In this document: positions 11,270 through 31,372 of the stretch, piece after piece
Numbering within the stretch: position 1 is the first letter of the stretch
How the letters are laid out: each line of letters starts with the position of its first letter
NCBI RefSeq assembly: GCF_009914755.1
Contig: NC_060928.1
From: the human T2T-CHM13v2.0 reference genome, Homo sapiens
DNA: 64,000 nt
Strand: one strand, 5' to 3'
Notes under the pieces: generated by a model
Told to the model about the DNA's origin: nothing
The model's input: the letters and a program-made list of their open reading frames with translations, nothing else
Databases searched by the model: none
Made by a program: the position numbers and the translations under genes

Positions 11270-14200
11270 GTCAATATTGTTAATCAGCCACTTGATCTTA
11301 TCCTCAGTAAGCAATGTTAACCTAACATTGCAATCCTTCTCTTCCACCCTTCCACCCATTCCTCCTTCCATTGGCAAGCAATCAACTATCTTTTTTCTGT
11401 CACTTTCTATTTGCTTGCATTTTCTGGAATTTTATATAAATCAAATCATACAAGGTATGTTCTCTTTTGTCCAACTTCTTTGACTCAGGCTAATTATTTG
11501 AGATTTATCCATGTTATTTTATGTATGAATACTTCATTGCTTTTCTTTTCTTTTTTTTTTTTTTTTTTTTTGCTTTTTTTGGCTGAGTAGTATTCCGCTA
11601 TTTGGGTAAACTGTAATTTTTATTGCTAAGTAGTATTCTGCTATATGGGTAAACCGTAATTTGTTTATGGATTCACCTGTTGATGATCACTGGGTTATTT
11701 TCACTTTTTGGCTATTATAAGTGCCAAACATTTACTTGTTAAATTTCTTAACATTCATGTATGTGTCTTCTTGTGAACACATGCTTTCATTTCTTCTGGG
11801 GACATGCTAGGATTAGAATGGCTGGGTCATATGTGAGGTGTATGTTTACAGTTTCACAAAACTGCCAAACTCTCTTCTAAATTCATTTTTCCATTTTAAT
11901 TTACCACAAACAGTATATGAAAGTTCCAGTTGCTTCACATCCTCACAAAACTTAGTATGGTCTTCTTTTTATTTTCACAAATTCTAATGGGTGAGTAATA
12001 TATATCTCATTGTCATTTGCATTTTCCTAATGATTAATGACAATGAATATCTTTTAATATGTTTGACATCTGTATATCCTATGTGGTGAAGTGTCTGTTC
12101 AAATATTTTGCCCATTTTATTTCATTTTTTGTCTTATTATTGAGTTGTAAGAGTTTTGAATATTCTAGATACAAATCTTTCATTAAATACATGTTTTTCA
12201 AATATTTTTGCCAATCTGTGTCTTGCTTTTTTATTCTTTACAATGTCTTTTGAAAGGCAACTGTTTTTAATTTTCAGTAAGTCCAATTTACTAATTCTTT
12301 CTTTTTAAGGCTTTTGCTTTATTTGTTGTACTTAAGAAATCCTCATCAAACCCATGGTCACAAATATTTTCTCCTAGTTGTCTTCTAGTTGTTTTATAGT
12401 TTTAGCTCTTACTTTAAGGTCTATGATCAATTTCAAGCTAATGTTTGTATGTCAGATGAGGAAAAGGGAAAGCTTCATTTATCCAAATGACTATCTAATT
12501 GTTCCAGCACCATTTGTAGAAAAGATTATAATCTTGGATTCTCCTCTTAAATTGTCTTAACAATTTGGTAAAAATCAATTGATAATGTATGTGTGGGTCT
12601 GTTTCTGGACTCTTTATTGTATTCCATTGATCTATTTTTCTCTTTACGCTATGATCACATTATTTTTATTTAAAATAAGTACTGAAATTGGGTAGTGTGA
12701 GTCCTCCAACTTGATGGAGTTGTTAAAGTTGTTGTTTTAGCTATTCTAGATCCTTGGTTTTTTTTTCATTTAAATATAATTACCTTGTTAAAAAAACAGA
12801 TGCCTGCTGGGATTTTTATTAGAATTACACTGAAGCATCAAATGGTAAAAAAACTTGCATCTTAACAGTGTTGAGCCTTCTGATCTGTAAATGCATATAT
12901 CTTTCTAGTTATTTAGGTTTTTAAATTTCCTTCTGCAGTATTTTGTAGTTGTAGTATACAGATATTATATATCTTTTATCAAATTTATCTGTAAAATTTT
13001 CATATTTTGATGTTATAAATTATATTGTTTTTCATTTTAATTTGTGATTTTTTGTTGCTAGCATATAGAAATGAGATCAAATTTGCATACTGACCCCACT
13101 GTTTCTTTATAGAAATAAAATTTAATTTGCATATTGATCCTGTATACTGAAAACTCATCCAACTCACATTTTAATGCTGGAAGATTCTTTTGTCAATTGC
13201 ATCAGATGTTCTACACAGATAATCATGTTATCTACAAATTAAAACACTTTTACTCCTGCCTTTCCAACCTAGATGTTTTTCATTTTTTATTCTCGCTTTA
13301 TAGCAATTGATAAAACATCAAGTATAACGTTGAATAGAATCAATGACAGCAGATATCTTAAATTTTCCAGAAGAGTTTGCATGGAATTGATATTATGACT
13401 TTCATAATCATTTGGTATAGTTAATCACTGAAACTATCTATGCTTGAATTTTTTGTGGAAAAATATCTTAATAAAACTTAAAATTCAAAATGGAAAACTA
13501 TGGAAACAGTAAAAATATCAGTGATTTCCAGGGGGTGGAGGAGAGACAGGGGTTAATGTGTGGAACACAGAGGATTTCAAGGCAGTGAAATCTTCCACAC
13601 ATACTCTATATGATACAATAATAGTGGATACATGTCATTATAAATTTGTCCCAACTGCTAGAATGTAGAGTAACCTTTAATGAAAACTATGGACTTTGAA
13701 TGATAATGATGTGTCAGGGTAGATTTGTGAATTGTAATGAGTGTCCCAGCCTTGTAGGGGATATTGCATGTGTAGGAGCAGGATGTATACGGGAAATGTC
13801 TGTACTTTCCTCTCAATTTTCCTGTGAATCTCAAACTGCTAAAAAAAAAAAATAATAACAATAAAACCTTTAATTTTTTAGAAAATCTTTTTAAAAAATA
13901 AATTTTTGATGTACAATTATTTAGGTTATTTCTTATTGTGTGAGCGTTTGTAGTTTACTTTATCATAATATTTATTATTCTTTTAAAATATATATAATAT
14001 TATTTAATTGTTTCTGATATTGGTAATTTGTGTCTTTTCTCTTTTCATCTTGATCAGTCAGGTTAGAAATTTATCAATTTTATTAACCTTCTCACAGAAA
14101 TGCTTTTGGTTTTGTTGATTTTCCTTTTTTGTTATTTTCTAATTGGTTTCTAATCCGATCTCATCATTTTCTTTCTTCTGCTTACCTTGGTTTTAATTTT

Positions 14201-14640
14201 GTCCTCTTTTTTTCCAGTTTCCTAAAGTGGCAGTTGAGGTCATTTATTTGAAATCTTTTTTTCCTTTCCAATTAGGCATTTTAGGTCTATCCATTCCCCT
14301 CTCAATACTACCGTTGCTGCATTCTAAAAAATCGTGATGTGTTGTATTTTCATATTCGTTTAGTTCAAAACATTCTAATTTCTATTTTGATTTCTCTTTT
14401 AACCTGTGAGATTTGAAAAATTGTGTTGCTTAGTTCCCAAATATTTGGATCTCTTTGAGATATCTATTATCAATTAATAATTTAATTCGAGTGTGATTAG
14501 AGAACATATTTTGTATAACTTGGATCATTTTCAATGTATTGAGATTTGTTTAATAACTCATAACATATTCTATCTTAATAAATATTCCCCACGTACTTGA
14601 AAAGAATTTGTTATTCTGCTATTGTTGAACTGGATGTCCT
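11270..14640 (-). mobile_element. Old L1 (L1MB/MC-like), 3' UTR and ORF2 relic; continues at ~26990
   Basis: Continuous degenerate antisense L1 from the 3' UTR to the endonuclease region (TATTCTGCTATTGTTG at ~14612). Confidence 0.8.
13487..13866 (+). mobile_element. L1MC/MD-like 3' end inserted in opposite orientation into the older L1
   Basis: AACTATGGAAACAGTAAAAATATCAGTG...GTGGATACATGTCATTATA...CTCAATTTTCCTGTGAATCTCAAACTGCT plus A tail. Confidence 0.8.
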
Positions 14641-17600
14641 TTTTCTTTATTTCAATAGCTTTTTCTTTGCTGATTTGTTTAAATTCCTTGTAGATTCTAG
14701 ATATTTGTTCTTTGTTAGATGCATACTTTGTAAATATTTTCTTTCATTCTGCAGGTTACCTATTTACTTTGTTGATTATTTATTTTGCTGTGCAAAAGCT
14801 CTTTATTTTTGTTTTTGTTGCATTTGCTTTTCGGGTTTGTTGCATTTGGTTGTAAATTCTTTGCCTATGCCAAGGTTCAGAAGTGTTATTCCTAGGCCTT
14901 CTTCTGGAATATTTAAAGTTTCAGGCCTTGCATTTAAATATTTAATCCACCTGAAGTTAATTTTTGAATGTGGTAGTGAGGGATAGAAAACCAGTTTTAC
15001 TCTTCTGAATGTGGCTGTCCAGTTTTCCAAGCACCATTTATTGAACAGGGTGTCCTTTACCTAGTATATGGTTTTGTATGCTTTGTCAAATAGCTATTGG
15101 TTATAAATATTTGGCTTTGTTTCTGGGTTTTCTTTTCAGTTCCATTGGTCTACGTGTCTACTTTTATACCAGTACCATGGTGTTTTGGTTACAATAGCCT
15201 TGTAGTATAATTTGAAGTCAGGTGATATGATGCCTCCAGATTTGTTCTTTTTGCTTAGGATAGCTTCAACTATTCGGGTTATTTTTTAGTTCCATATGAT
15301 TTTAATATTGCTTATTCTAATTTTGTGAAAATTGACATTAGTATTTTGACAGGAATTGCATTTAATCTATAGATTGCTTTGGGTATGGTCATTTTCACAA
15401 TATTGATTCATTCTATACATGAGCATGGGATGTTTTATCCACTTATTTGTGTCATCTATGATTTCTTTTATCAGTGTTTTTTAGTTCTCCTTGTAGATAT
15501 CTTTTATCTCCTTGGTCATATGTATTCCTAGGTATTTTATTTTGTGTGCAGCTATTGTAAAAGGGACTGAGTTTTTTGTTTGCTTCTCAGCTTGGTGAAT
15601 ATTAGTGTATAACAGTGCTACTAATTTGCATATGCTGATTTTGTAACCTGAGACCTTACTGAATTCATTTATAGAATCTAGGAGTCTTTTGGAGGAGTCT
15701 TTAGGGTTTTCTAAGTGTACGACTGTATCAGCAACAAACAGAGATTGTTTGACTTCCTTTTTCAATTTGGATGTCCCTTATTTCTTTCCCTTGCCTGATT
15801 GCCCTGGCTAGGACTTCCGGTGTTATGTTGAATAGAAGTCGTAAAAGTGAGCATCGTTGTTAGTTCCGGTTCTGAGGATAAATGCTTTAAAATTTTCCCC
15901 CATAAAGTATGATCTTAGCTATGGGTTTGTCATATATAACTTTATTATTTTGAGGTATGTTCTTTCTATGCCTAGTTTGTTTAGGGTTTTATCATGAAGG
16001 GATGCTCAAATTTTTTATCAAGTGCTTTTTCTTCATCTATTGAAATGATCATATGGTTTTCATTTTAAATTTTGTTTGTGTGTCAAATCACATTTATTGA
16101 TTTGCATATGTTGAATCATTCTTGCATCCTCAGAATGAAATTCACTTGATTGTGGTGAATTATATTTTTTGATGTGTTGTTGGATTCAGTTTCTAGTATC
16201 TTCTTGAGGATTTTCACAACTATGTTTATCTGTTCATCAGGAATATTAATCTGTAGGTATTTGTGGTGTCATTGTGCCCTTTCATGGCTTATGTATTAAG
16301 GTGATACTGGCTTTATAACATGAATTAGGGAGCACTCCTTCCTTCTTAATCTCTTCGAATCATTTCAAGAAGATTGGCATCATTTCTTCTTTGAATGCCT
16401 AATAGAATTCAGCTGTGAATCCATCTGGTCCTGGGCATTTTTTTGTTGTTGGGAGATTTTTTATTACTGATTCAATCCCACCACTAAACATTGGCCTGTT
16501 CAGGATTACTATTTGTTTATGATTCAAGGAAGGGAGGATGTATATTTCTAGGAATTTATCAATTTCTTCCAGATTTTCTAGTTTGTATGCATTGAGGTAT
16601 TCATACTAGTCTCAGATGATCTTTTGTATTTCTGTGGTAGCAGTTGTAATGTTTCTATTTTTAATTCTAATTTAGCTTATTTGAATTAATTATCTTTTCA
16701 ATTCATTGATCATTTGTATTTTTTTGTTTATTCGTTTCCATTTCATTTAGCTTTGCTCTTATCTTGGAATTGATTTCCAGTTGTATTCCTTTGCAGTCTG
16801 AGAAGATACTTTGCTTTTATTTTTCTACTTTCTTGAGGTCCAATGTAAAATTGTACTTTTTTTTAACGTAAGTATTTATCCTATAAATTTCCTTCTTTGC
16901 ACTGCTTTCACTGGATCCCAGAAATTTTGATAATTTGTGCCACTGTTATTATTCATTTGATTTTAAATTAAATTTCCATCTTGACTTCATCATTGACCCA
17001 AAGATCTTTTAGGAGCAAGTTGTTTAATTTTGTGTATTTATATAGTTTTGAGAGTTCCTCTTGAATCTGAGAGCTCCTCTGTTAAGTGCATATATACTTA
17101 GGATTGCTGTATCTTTTTATTGAATTGGTCTCTTTGTTATTATATAATGACCTTCTTTGTCTTTTTGTACTGTTTTTGATTTAAAGTCTGTTTTTTCTGA
17201 TATAATAGTAGACACTCCTGCTCTCTTTTGTTTTCTATTTGCGTGGAATATTTTTTCACCCCTTTATCTTGGGTCTATAATAATATTTATGAGTTAAGTG
17301 GGGCTCTTGAAGGCAGCAGATATTTGGGTTGTGTTTTTTTCCATTCCACCAGTATATGTCTTTTAAATAGGGCATTTAGACCACTTACATTAAAAGTTAA
17401 TATTGACATGTGAGATACTGTTTCAGTCATCATGTTGATTGTTATCTAATTGCTATATCTTCTCCATTGTGTAATGTTTTATAAGCCCTGTGAGTTTTAT
17501 AATTTCAAGTGTTTTATACTGGTGTATATCAACCATTAGTTTCAATGTTTAGAACTCTTTTGAGGATTCTTGTTGGATTGGTCTAGTGATGACAAATTCC

Positions 17601-18070
17601 TTCGGCATTTGCTTGTCAGGGAAAGACTTTATTTATCCTTCATTTATGAAACTTTAGTTTTGCAGAATACAAAATTATTGGCCAACAGTTATTCTGCCTA
17701 AGAAGACTAAAGATAGGACTCCAATCCCTTCTGCCTTGTAAGGTTTCTGCTGATAAATCTGCTGTTATTTTGATAGGTTTTCCTTTATAAGTCATTTGAT
17801 GTTTTGTTTCACTGCTCTCAGAATTCTTCCTTTTGTGTTGACTTTAGATAGCCTGATGTCTGTATCCCTTGGTGATGTCCTTTTGCAAAAAATCTTCCAG
17901 GAGTTCTTGAACTTCATGTATCTGAATGTCTAAATCTCTACTAAGACCAGAGAAGTTTTCCTCAATCACTCCCTCAAATAGGTTTTCTGAACTTTTTGAT
18001 TTTTTTCTTTTTGTTTTATAAATTCTATCTTTTTAGATTATTTTTCATTCATATCCTGAATTTGTTTTCT

Positions 18071-24219
<6,149 letters not shown>

Positions 24220-26989
24220 CCCGAATTGTTTTTCTTTTTAATTTCTTTATGTTCATTTTTAACTTTCCTTTGGAGCTCATGGAGCAACTTTATAATAAAT
24301 ATTTTGAATTTTTTATCTGGTATTTCAAAGATTTCATTTTGGTTGGATCCATTGCTAGAGAGTTAGTGTGATCCTTTGGGGCTGTTGTAAGATTTTTTTT
24401 CATATTGCCACAATTATTTTTCTGGTTGCTTCTCATCTGAGTAGACTCTTTATTCTAATTATTTTTGAATTTAGTTTTAATTAGACAGGGATTTCCCTCC
24501 TCTTGAGGAAGTGACTATAATGTGTATAGTTTATGATTGCATAGCTTTGGCTCCGGGTGCTTTCAGTGGTAAATACTTTGTATAAGTTCCCTGGTTATAG
24601 ATAATCTTCATGCAATGACTTTCTCAGATGCTGCTTTCAGCAGCAGTGTACTGGGTGTAGGAGCAGTTTCACTATCTCCTGTGGGGCTGGAATGGCAGAG
24701 GTCTCATGAAGCTTACCTCACTCCCAGTGGTATGCACTTTACTCTTCCAGTATTTTTTTCACCGGGTTGAACAGTTCATCCTCAGGCCAATATTAGTTGT
24801 CCATGAGTAAGAACCAGCTGTGTCTGAAACAGGTGGGTATATGTGATATCACAGTGGTAGGTAAAAGTCCAGGCCCTGATGGAGGAAGTTTGAAGAGCTC
24901 CTAGTGAAATTCACTGAGGTCTTCACAGGGAGGAGGAATACAGCTGCCTCAGCTCTACTACCAGGCCAGCAGAAAAGCAATCCATCTCCCAGTCATGCCC
25001 TGGTCCTCATGTTCCAGATATTCAGATCAGACAGGCATCTCTCTCCATCTGCAGGAATGCTGATGTTCTGTGTAGAGAAGAAGGAGGTCTCCACCACTTG
25101 TGCAAGCCTCCCGTGTGGACGCAATCACCCCAAAATGCTCCAGAAAGACTGTCTACAAGTGCCCTCATGCCAAGCTCCCATGGGAGAAGTGCAAGCTGTG
25201 ACTGCAGGGTGGGCAAGGGAAAGGAGAAGTCCCCTTCTTCAAGTCCTTTCATGATAACTGGTGTTGTTCAACTGCTGAAGCAGAACTCTAGGGAGCCCAG
25301 CACTGTATCTGTGCCTCTGCTGAAAGAGGTGCAGCCATTCCCTGCCCATGAACAGGAAGTTCTGGGACATAGAAAAGCCTCCCTTCTGGTATATTTTGTC
25401 CCACAGCATGCTCCCTTGGTGTGATACAGTCTCTCTTCCCTTGAAAATGGCAATCCCTGAGGGCCAGACTAATATGAATCTTGCTGCTCCTCTAGGTTTA
25501 GCCACTGTGGGGCTGCTGCAATCCAGGCTGGTGCTGGGGAATGTTTTCAAGGGATCTATTTACGTGAAGACCTGAAGATTGAAAGTTTCTGAGTGGAAAA
25601 ATGTCCCACAATGAGTGTGCACTTAGTATGGTGCTTACTACTACAGGTTGAGTACAGGGCAAAAAGGGAGGGATACTAAATTAGGTGGTAGGCCAGTGTA
25701 ATGCACTAGAGAAGTTCCAAAATCACAGTCCATTCCAGTGGGACCATGAAGGCAAAGAAGCTCTCTTTGAGTTCCAATACTGCAGTCTGCCAGATGAGCT
25801 AGAGAGGCTGAAAACACTCCCATCTGCCCTTTCCACAGACTTCTAAGTTTAAAAAGGTTTAATCTGTGCTAGTTTCTTGTTTCTTTCTTTTTTGTATGTC
25901 ATAGATTCTTCCAGTGAACTCTCCAATAGGCTCTAGTACTCTCCTCTTAACACAATCTTTGGGCTATGATTTTTCCCCTGCAATTTTGCTTCTTCCTTCT
26001 GATGAGAACTGGTCCCTGAAATCTCTAGTCAGCCATCTGGAGAAGCTCTTCAATGCCTTAGGCAATGGATTGGTCTGCAGGATGTCTAGTGGCTTAGGGT
26101 CCAATCTTAGCTCCAGATGGCTACAACGTTGGGTGCTGCTGGACCAGGCTGACCTGTCCAGCAATACCCAACATGTGGGTCACAGAGAAGTGGCATGGAC
26201 TTTGTAAGATTTCCTGGGTTATAAATAGCCTTACAGTGGTAACTTTCTCAATTGCCAGTTATAGTAATAATGTATTGGGCACTCCTGAGTAGCTGGGGTG
26301 GGGTAGGCAATGGTGTTAGCAGAGGTCACGCACACATTTTCTCCTCCCCAAGCACTGTGTTTTTGTGCAAGCAAATGTTGTAATGGGCTATGCCGATTGA
26401 CCTCTGACCAAAAGGTGGCACTTGCAGCAAAGATCCAGCTGCAGAGGTGGCCATGGAATTTACTCTTGGCCTATGTTACCCAAAGGAAGTACTCAGCTGT
26501 CCCAGGCAATAGGTGGGGCCATGAAACTCCCAAAAATGCCTATATGTGTTCTGCTACTAAGAGGGGTGGATGAGCAAAGCTGGGTGGAAGCTGGGTCAGG
26601 CAAGTTCGCACTCTGGCTTCCCAAGTGTGTGTGCAAGCAAAGGATCTGACGGTGGCTGCTGGCGTAATGTACCAGGGAGAAGTAGAACCACCACTGCTGC
26701 CCAATAGAGTCATGTGAGGAGAGAGGGGCAGCTGAAAGCAGTGAGACCCACCCAGGTTCCACACCCTTGACATGGCATGTCTCACACCCTCAGACTTCTA
26801 CTGGCAGAAAGCTGCAATAGCCAGCTGGATCCCAGGCAGTCTGTGCTCAGAATACAAAACTGCCCCAGGCCACAAGACTTTCCACCTGAGACAGAAACCT
26901 AAGTGTCACGCCACACCACTCCTGGTTTGGCTTGCGAAACATAGGCGCTCAGCTCACACACCCATGGCAGGAGAACACCTGAAAGAAGT

Positions 26990-27470
26990 ATCCCATAAAT
27001 CTCATTTAGATTAGTTATTTGACAGTATTGTTTAATTATTTTATATCATTACTGATTTTCTACCTCTCTATTCTATAAATTATTGGGAAAAGACTATTAA
27101 AATATTTAACTACAATTATGGATTTGTCCATTTTTTCTTGCAGCCCTATAATTTTCTTCATGTATTTTGAAGCTCTGTTACTGCGTGCATACATGTTTAG
27201 AAGTGTTATTTTCTTTTGAGAAATTAATTACTTTGTCATTAGGAAATAACCTTTTTAATCCATGATAATACTCTTTGATCTGAAGTCTACATTTTGTAAT
27301 ATTATTATAACTACTCCAGCTTTCTTTCTGTTTAATGTTAACATCATGACATATACACATATATGATGTTTACATGGATTCAGGCTGCTACCATTCTTTT
27401 AGTCCTTTTACTTTTCACCTATGTGGCCTTATATTTAGAGTGATTTTCCGGTAGGTATCAGATGGTTCAA
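26990..27470 (-). mobile_element. Continuation of the old L1 from 14640 (endonuclease region)
   Basis: TATCATTACTGATTTTC...ATGGATTTGTCCATTT...ACTCCAGCTTTCTTT is the L1 segment expected next after the break at ~14640. Confidence 0.75.
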
Positions 27471-27479
27471 TTTTAAATA

Positions 27480-27760
27480 GCTTTTATGGTTGATGTGGCT
27501 ATGTGCAGTCTTGACCTAACTTTTTAATGAAAAACTTTTGCAATTTCATCAACAATTTTTGACTTTACAAGTACATGTTAAAAGACTGACATCATTCAAA
27601 TTTTTTTCAAAATTTTAAGTACTAAAGTGTTTAATAATCTTTATTTCATTGACAAATACAATATGGAATTTTCTTGTGATTGATGAAAGGCTTCTGAATC
27701 CAAATTTTTCTATATTGTTTCAAATTTGTGAAAAGCATCCATTATTCAGAGAAGACAGTT
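27480..27760 (-). mobile_element. Possible hAT (Tip100-like) transposase C-terminal relic
   Basis: Minus strand reads roughly KIKIIKHFST...LNDVSLL...VDEIAKVF, reminiscent of the hAT dimerisation region; very degenerate. Confidence 0.3.
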
Positions 27761-28837
27761 CATACCTAGTATGAATGTAACTGAAAGACACATCTGTCCC
27801 AAATGAACACAGGAATCCAATATATGTGAAGGCAGAGATTCAGGCTACCATTCTTGGGTTGTACACTAACTTATAAGTATGAAACATCAGCACCTCCAGA
27901 CTTTGCATAGTTTTCTTGTCTATGACAGGCAGGGCAATGGTCTGTATCTAGTTGCTAAAGTAGATATCCAGATGCTAGTATACCTCCATAGTCACACTCA
28001 GCACTTAGTATTTGAGCACTCATTCCCAGCATCAAGTCACTTATGCTCTCTGGGAGAGCTTTCTTGCCCCAAATCCTCTGACTAGGGTTCCTGTGGCTAT
28101 AGGTGACTGGCCCATGTGCTACAATTATCCCAGCTATTCTATTGCCCCAGATTCACCCCAAGGTGTAAAATATTTCTATACCCAATTTTATGGTGACGAA
28201 GATTCAGTTCAGGCTTGATCTGTCCTGATGTACCTCAATCCAATACCACAGGCATTTCACCAGTTCTTGCTGCCAGGATTCTGTCATTTAGAAGACAGCC
28301 TTCTCTAGGAATCACAAGGAATCCTAACCACTCTATGTGTTGTTTATCTGACTCATAGATCGCCATACCAAAGAGTGGGAATGCAAGCTGCCCGACCCCA
28401 CTGCACTCATTCCTCAACTTTGCCATTTCTTCCATGTCTCTTTTTCAAGGTTTCCAGCAACATTCACCCAATTTTTTGACTTTGCCCATGCAGGAAGATG
28501 GTAAGGTAGAGGACAATTTAGGCAGCCCAAAAGTTTTACAGAGTGGCTGCCGAATATGTAAAATAGATCCTTCATTAAGCCTTGGTGGTGGTGGCTAGCC
28601 TCCAAGAGCTGGTATTGCTCTCAGCTTAGCAGCTATTTTTCTTCGCTGAAAGCTTCAATATCCAATTTTTAGACAACAGGAAAGATGTCATTTGACATTT
28701 CATATTATCTTGTATATCAGCATGCACTGATTTTCTTTCCCTATCACAGGAAATTTTGCCTTTGATTATTGTTTCTATTCTAATGATGTTATCTCTTCAG
28801 GGATAGCTAACTTCTCTAAGCTAAAGCTCTAATATTA

Positions 28838-29835
28838 CCCATTCATTCCTTCATTCACTCACTCAATAGTTCATTCAATAAATATTTATTAAGTAAATAG
28901 TACCAGGAATCTTTCCAGGTATAGAGAGTATAGTGATGAGAAAAAATATACATGGTCTTTTTTTCCCATCTTAAGAAACAGCAAGAATGACAGGTAATTA
29001 AAGACATCATTCCAATAAAATGTGATATACTAGAGTATTTAGAGAGTACTAGGAAACAATAAATCAAGAGGGCTCAAACTATGTCAGTGAGTCAAAGAGA
29101 AACTTAGGTTAAAATTAGTCAGGTAAAAGAGGCAAGAAAAGTGTTCCAGGCAGAGAAAACAGCATGCCAAAAGGCTTTGGCAGCAAAAAAAAAAAAAAAA
29201 AATGTGTAACATATTTGAGGAATTATAGATTCATGTTATAGAAAGTTCTACTAATGAAGATAAGAGCAAGATAGTGGCTAGGTCACTTAGGGTCAATTCA
29301 AGTTATGCATGGTTATGCATGGCCATGCATTGCCTATAATCTCAAAGACAATGGAAGTCAACAAAGCTCCTAAGCACTGAAATCATACAACTATACTTTG
29401 GGAGAATCACCTGGCTGCAGTGTACAGTTTAGACTAGAGGATGAAAAGATTGGTATCGGTAAATTTATTAAAAGTTTGCAATGGTCCAGGCCTGAGGGGA
29501 TAGAGGGCTGGATTAGTTAGATTAGGGGCAGTTGACATAAGCAAAAATGGACACATTTGAGAGAGAGTTAGCGAGTAAGCGAGTAGGCTCAAAAGAACTT
29601 AGATTGCTTCATTGTTAAGCCTAGAGTGGGGTGTTGGAAGATAACGGAGATGTTAAAGATAATTGGTTTCTATTTCTAGCCAACTTTAAATATGTAACAC
29701 TGAAAGAAAGCTGATGAATCCAGAATTTGGAGATTCACTGTGAAAGTCAAAAAGAAATGTCCAATGGCTGGTTGTATATATGGCTCAAAGGTCAAGAGAT
29801 GTCAAAGCTAACACAAATATTTGAGAGTTATCATA
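28838..29835 (-). mobile_element. L2
   Basis: CATTCATTC...CAATAAATATTTATTAAG 3' end, then GTGTTCCAGGCAGAGAAAACAGCATG and ATCACCTGGCTGCAGTG. Confidence 0.8.
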
Positions 29836-30254
29836 TTTAACTTTTAAATTTCATCTCACATTACTTTTCTTTATCATTTTTTTCTGTCTTCCAGATGATC
29901 TTTTTAAGTTTGTGCTCTAAATCACTTAGTTTTCTGCTACCGGATTTTTATTAAATATGGTATCTATCCTTATTTCACTGAACTCCCTTTACACTTTATC
30001 TTTGCTTTCATAATTTGGTACCTTCTGTGGTTGTCTATTCACATTACATAGCTTTTATTGTATTGACACTGTCAAGCAGTTTTCAAACTTCTATTTAGGT
30101 TTCTATAGTAAAACATTTTGCATAATTTTTCATAATTATGCTCATTCATTCCCTGTTTAAGATTTTGCTTCCATTCCAATGTAATATAATCATTTTTTTT
30201 TTAGTGAGCCCTGTGTTATTTTGCCTTCTCATTCACCCTCAGTCCAGAAGATAC

Positions 30255-30600
30255 TCTAGTTTTGATTCTCCCAGTAGCAGATTCTGGGGAAAAATATTGT
30301 AAGCCATGTACTTTATTTAGAAGGTATAGGAAGCACCAATAGAAGAGAGGGAATGATAAAGGTAAAGGAAGACAACATATAAAGGGTATATTGTTGGACC
30401 AGATAACACTGTAGGTAAATCTATGGGAAAACCCTAGGAACCAGTGTACATTACATACTTGAGAATTATCCCACCTTAGGTGAAAGCTGTGAGGTAAATA
30501 AATGCACATATTGGTAGTTGGAGGTCTGTCCAGTCCTGGAAGATGTTGACAGGACAGTGGGTCTTCTACAAAGACTTTTTTTTTGCCAGTACTCAAGAAG
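30255..30600 (-). mobile_element. ERVL LTR fragment (LTR16/33/40 group)
   Basis: TTCTCCCAGTAGCAGATTCTGGG...TTTATTTAGAAGGT...AGGAAGCAC is the antisense 3' end of these LTRs. Confidence 0.55.
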
Positions 30601-30604
30601 TGTG

Positions 30605-31372
30605 GATGTCTCTTTGTTCTTTTTACCTGTTGTTTTGTTTAATCCCCATTTGGGTGTGCTGCAATATAATTCTAAGGTTAACCACCTTGAGTTAGCATTG
30701 GACTCCACAGTTAAAGGCTCAGACACCCACAAGACTATACTTTAGATACAACCCACAACTTTGGGGTTCCTCATACCACCCACACTACTGACTGTCTACA
30801 CATTCAGGGGTTCCCTTAACCTCCTCAGTTTTGATAGTTCACTAGAATGACTCATAGAACTCAGAAAAGTGCTATACTCATGAATACGTTTTATTATAAG
30901 GGATACACATAGAGTGATATCTGATAAGGAAATTCCATGCCCTCTGCCAGTGAGTCAGGGCTTGACACCCTCCCAGTACATCAGTGTATACCCCACTGAA
31001 CTTCAGTGTCCAGAGTTTTCATCAGGGTTTCATTACATGGACATGATTGTTTGAATCACAGGCCATGTGATTGGATTTAATCTCTAGTCCTCATGCCTTC
31101 TCTGAAGGTTTGGAGGTCAGCTGATATCAAATGACTCAACATCTTCAAATCCTCTAATCCCACGGTTGGTCTTCCTGGGATGGCCAACCCCTATCCGGAG
31201 CCATCTCGCTAGCATAAGCTATCTAGGGCCCATCATGAGTCACCTCATTAGCATTAACTATCAGGGCCCACTACAAATGAAAAAGAGTTCCATCACTCTG
31301 GGAGTTCCAAGGATTTAGTTTCCCTCCCAGGAACAAGGGACAAAGACTAGATTAATTTTTTATTTTACTACA
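30605..31372 (-). mobile_element. MER21-type LTR
   Basis: GTTAAAGGCTCAGACACCCACAAGACT...CTAGAATGACTCATAGAACTCAG...GGGACAAAGACTAG...ACTACA. Confidence 0.8.

Noticed and set aside
24904-27014. Dense overlapping 60-116 aa ORFs
   Set aside because: GC-richer L1 5' region with few stops; no domain resemblance and ORFs on both strands.
29302-29331. 10-bp triplication GTTATGCATG in L2
   Set aside because: Small slippage event with no sign of function.
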